From the human T2T-CHM13v2.0 reference genome, Homo sapiens, in NCBI RefSeq assembly GCF_009914755.1, contig NC_060928.1: a stretch of DNA of 64,000 bases; one strand, 5' to 3'. The notes beneath the pieces are model-generated. The model was not told where the DNA came from. It saw only the letters and a program-made list of their open reading frames with translations, and made no database searches. A program made the position numbers and the translations under genes. Of the stretch, positions 62,895 through 64,000 are shown piece after piece; within the stretch, counting starts at the first letter, position 1; every line of letters begins with the position of its first letter.

Positions 62895-63332
62895 CACAAA
62901 GTCAAACAAATCTTGGTCTTTTTTTTTTCTGGAGTCATTTCTTTCAGTCTCTAAGTATTGTAGAAACTGGCATAGATGGAGGAAAAATCGAAAGTGAAAG
63001 AAAACCAAGATGGTTTCCAAACACTGGGCTGCTGGGATTCTGGGGAATGGCTAAGGAGGGTACGGCAGAGGCTCCGTAGGATGTGTTCCGCTGGAACACT
63101 GCAGAAGTGGCCCCTTTCTACTGGCAGACCACAAATGCTAACCAAGCTGGCGCAGGCAGCTGACTACCCCAGAGCACTCAGCTGAGAGGAGTAGTTTGTG
63201 TTTCTGAGGATAAGCAGCTTTTATTTCAGTGGGATGCCTTTTAGGAGAGGAGCACGACCCTGCAGTGTGAGTTCTGCTGCTCCAAGTGCTTTGACACTGA
63301 GTGACATCCTACTGGGATAAGTGACCGCCTTC

Positions 63333-63428
63333 TTATCGCCGACGGAGTCCGCAGAAGGAAGCAAGAGAAGCATAACACAGGCACAGCAGCAACACTATGG
63401 AAACTGAACTTCCACTAACTACAGGTTT
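63333..63428 (-). other. Candidate unannotated AFAP1 alternative terminal exon: KPVVSGSSVSIVLLLCLCYASLASFCGLRRR*
   Basis: tatttcactttttcag| acceptor, open phase-0 frame, TAA, and AATAAA at 63225-63220; no transcript evidence visible in the sequence. Confidence 0.3.
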
Positions 63429-64000
63429 CTGAAAAAGTGAAATAGTACTCTACTCCTGAGACTGATACAGGCCAACACGTTTTGCATTTTGCTGAAGTGA
63501 CCTTATGTGCAGCTTAGCTGTGTAATTAATTCAGCATGACAGCAAAGGCTCACTCCAGCATCCACGCCCACGCTTTTTTCCACGATACAGCTTCCTTCTG
63601 TTGCAGGCCTCACTTTTTGGGAGGCAGAGAGATCTAGCTCCAAATTCTGGCTCCATCAATCATTTAGGAGAAGTTGAGCAAGTTATTTAAACTTTCTGAG
63701 CCGCCATTTGATCATTTAAAAACATAAAGAGATACCTCCCCACAGTGTTCCTAAAAAGATCAGATGACGTGCCATACATGGATAGAGCATATGGCACATA
63801 AGTGCTCAGAAAGTACAAGGTCTCGCCATTAAAAACAGGTTCCCATTAAAATGACCAAATGAGGACAGGAAACCCAGAGGTCATGTAATTTAACTTGCAA
63901 AAATGTTTCCTATTTCAACAAAAACAAAACAAAAGGGGACAATAGTAACAAACACTCCACAGGGGAACCATACATCAAATGATTCCCAACCAATGTGGGG

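Larger units (their letters stand above)
38070..62910 (+). ncRNA. AFAP1-AS1: AFAP1-AS1 lncRNA: exon 1 ~38070-38141 (in the LTR), exon 2 56186-~62910
   Basis: LTR donor; ctgttctgtctgccctgcag| acceptor at 56185; AATAAA at 62866 and 62889; the summed length (~6.8 kb) and overlap with three AFAP1 exons agree with the recalled annotation. TSS and 3' end approximate. Confidence 0.85.

Overview
Human genomic DNA, recognised from the translated exons as the chr4p16.1 SORCS2/AFAP1 locus. The + strand carries the last ten exons of SORCS2, a VPS10-domain receptor (PKD-like/stalk region, TM helix, cytoplasmic tail; stop at 24157; 3'UTR to ~26.7 kb). The - strand carries the last five exons of AFAP1 (coiled-coil and actin-binding C-terminus; stop at 47747; ~5 kb 3'UTR ending ~42.7 kb), convergent with SORCS2. 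A THE1-type solo LTR at 37866-38218 supplies exon 1 of the lncRNA AFAP1-AS1, whose ~6.7 kb second exon (56186-~62910) overlaps three AFAP1 exons. The rest is Alu, L1, L2, MIR, MaLR and ERV-L remnants plus many GC-rich minisatellites. The most intriguing unexplained signal is a candidate alternative last exon of AFAP1 (63428-63333, - strand). It has a phase-compatible acceptor and its own AATAAA, and encodes a 20-aa hydrophobic segment plus RRR-stop, like a tail anchor. Other notable items are an LTR/exon-2 junction peptide, several AFAP1-AS1 smORFs, and combinatorial GC-AG/NAGNAG/alternative-donor splicing of the SORCS2 tail. Exon numbers and repeat subfamilies come from recall and eye inspection, not from database searches.
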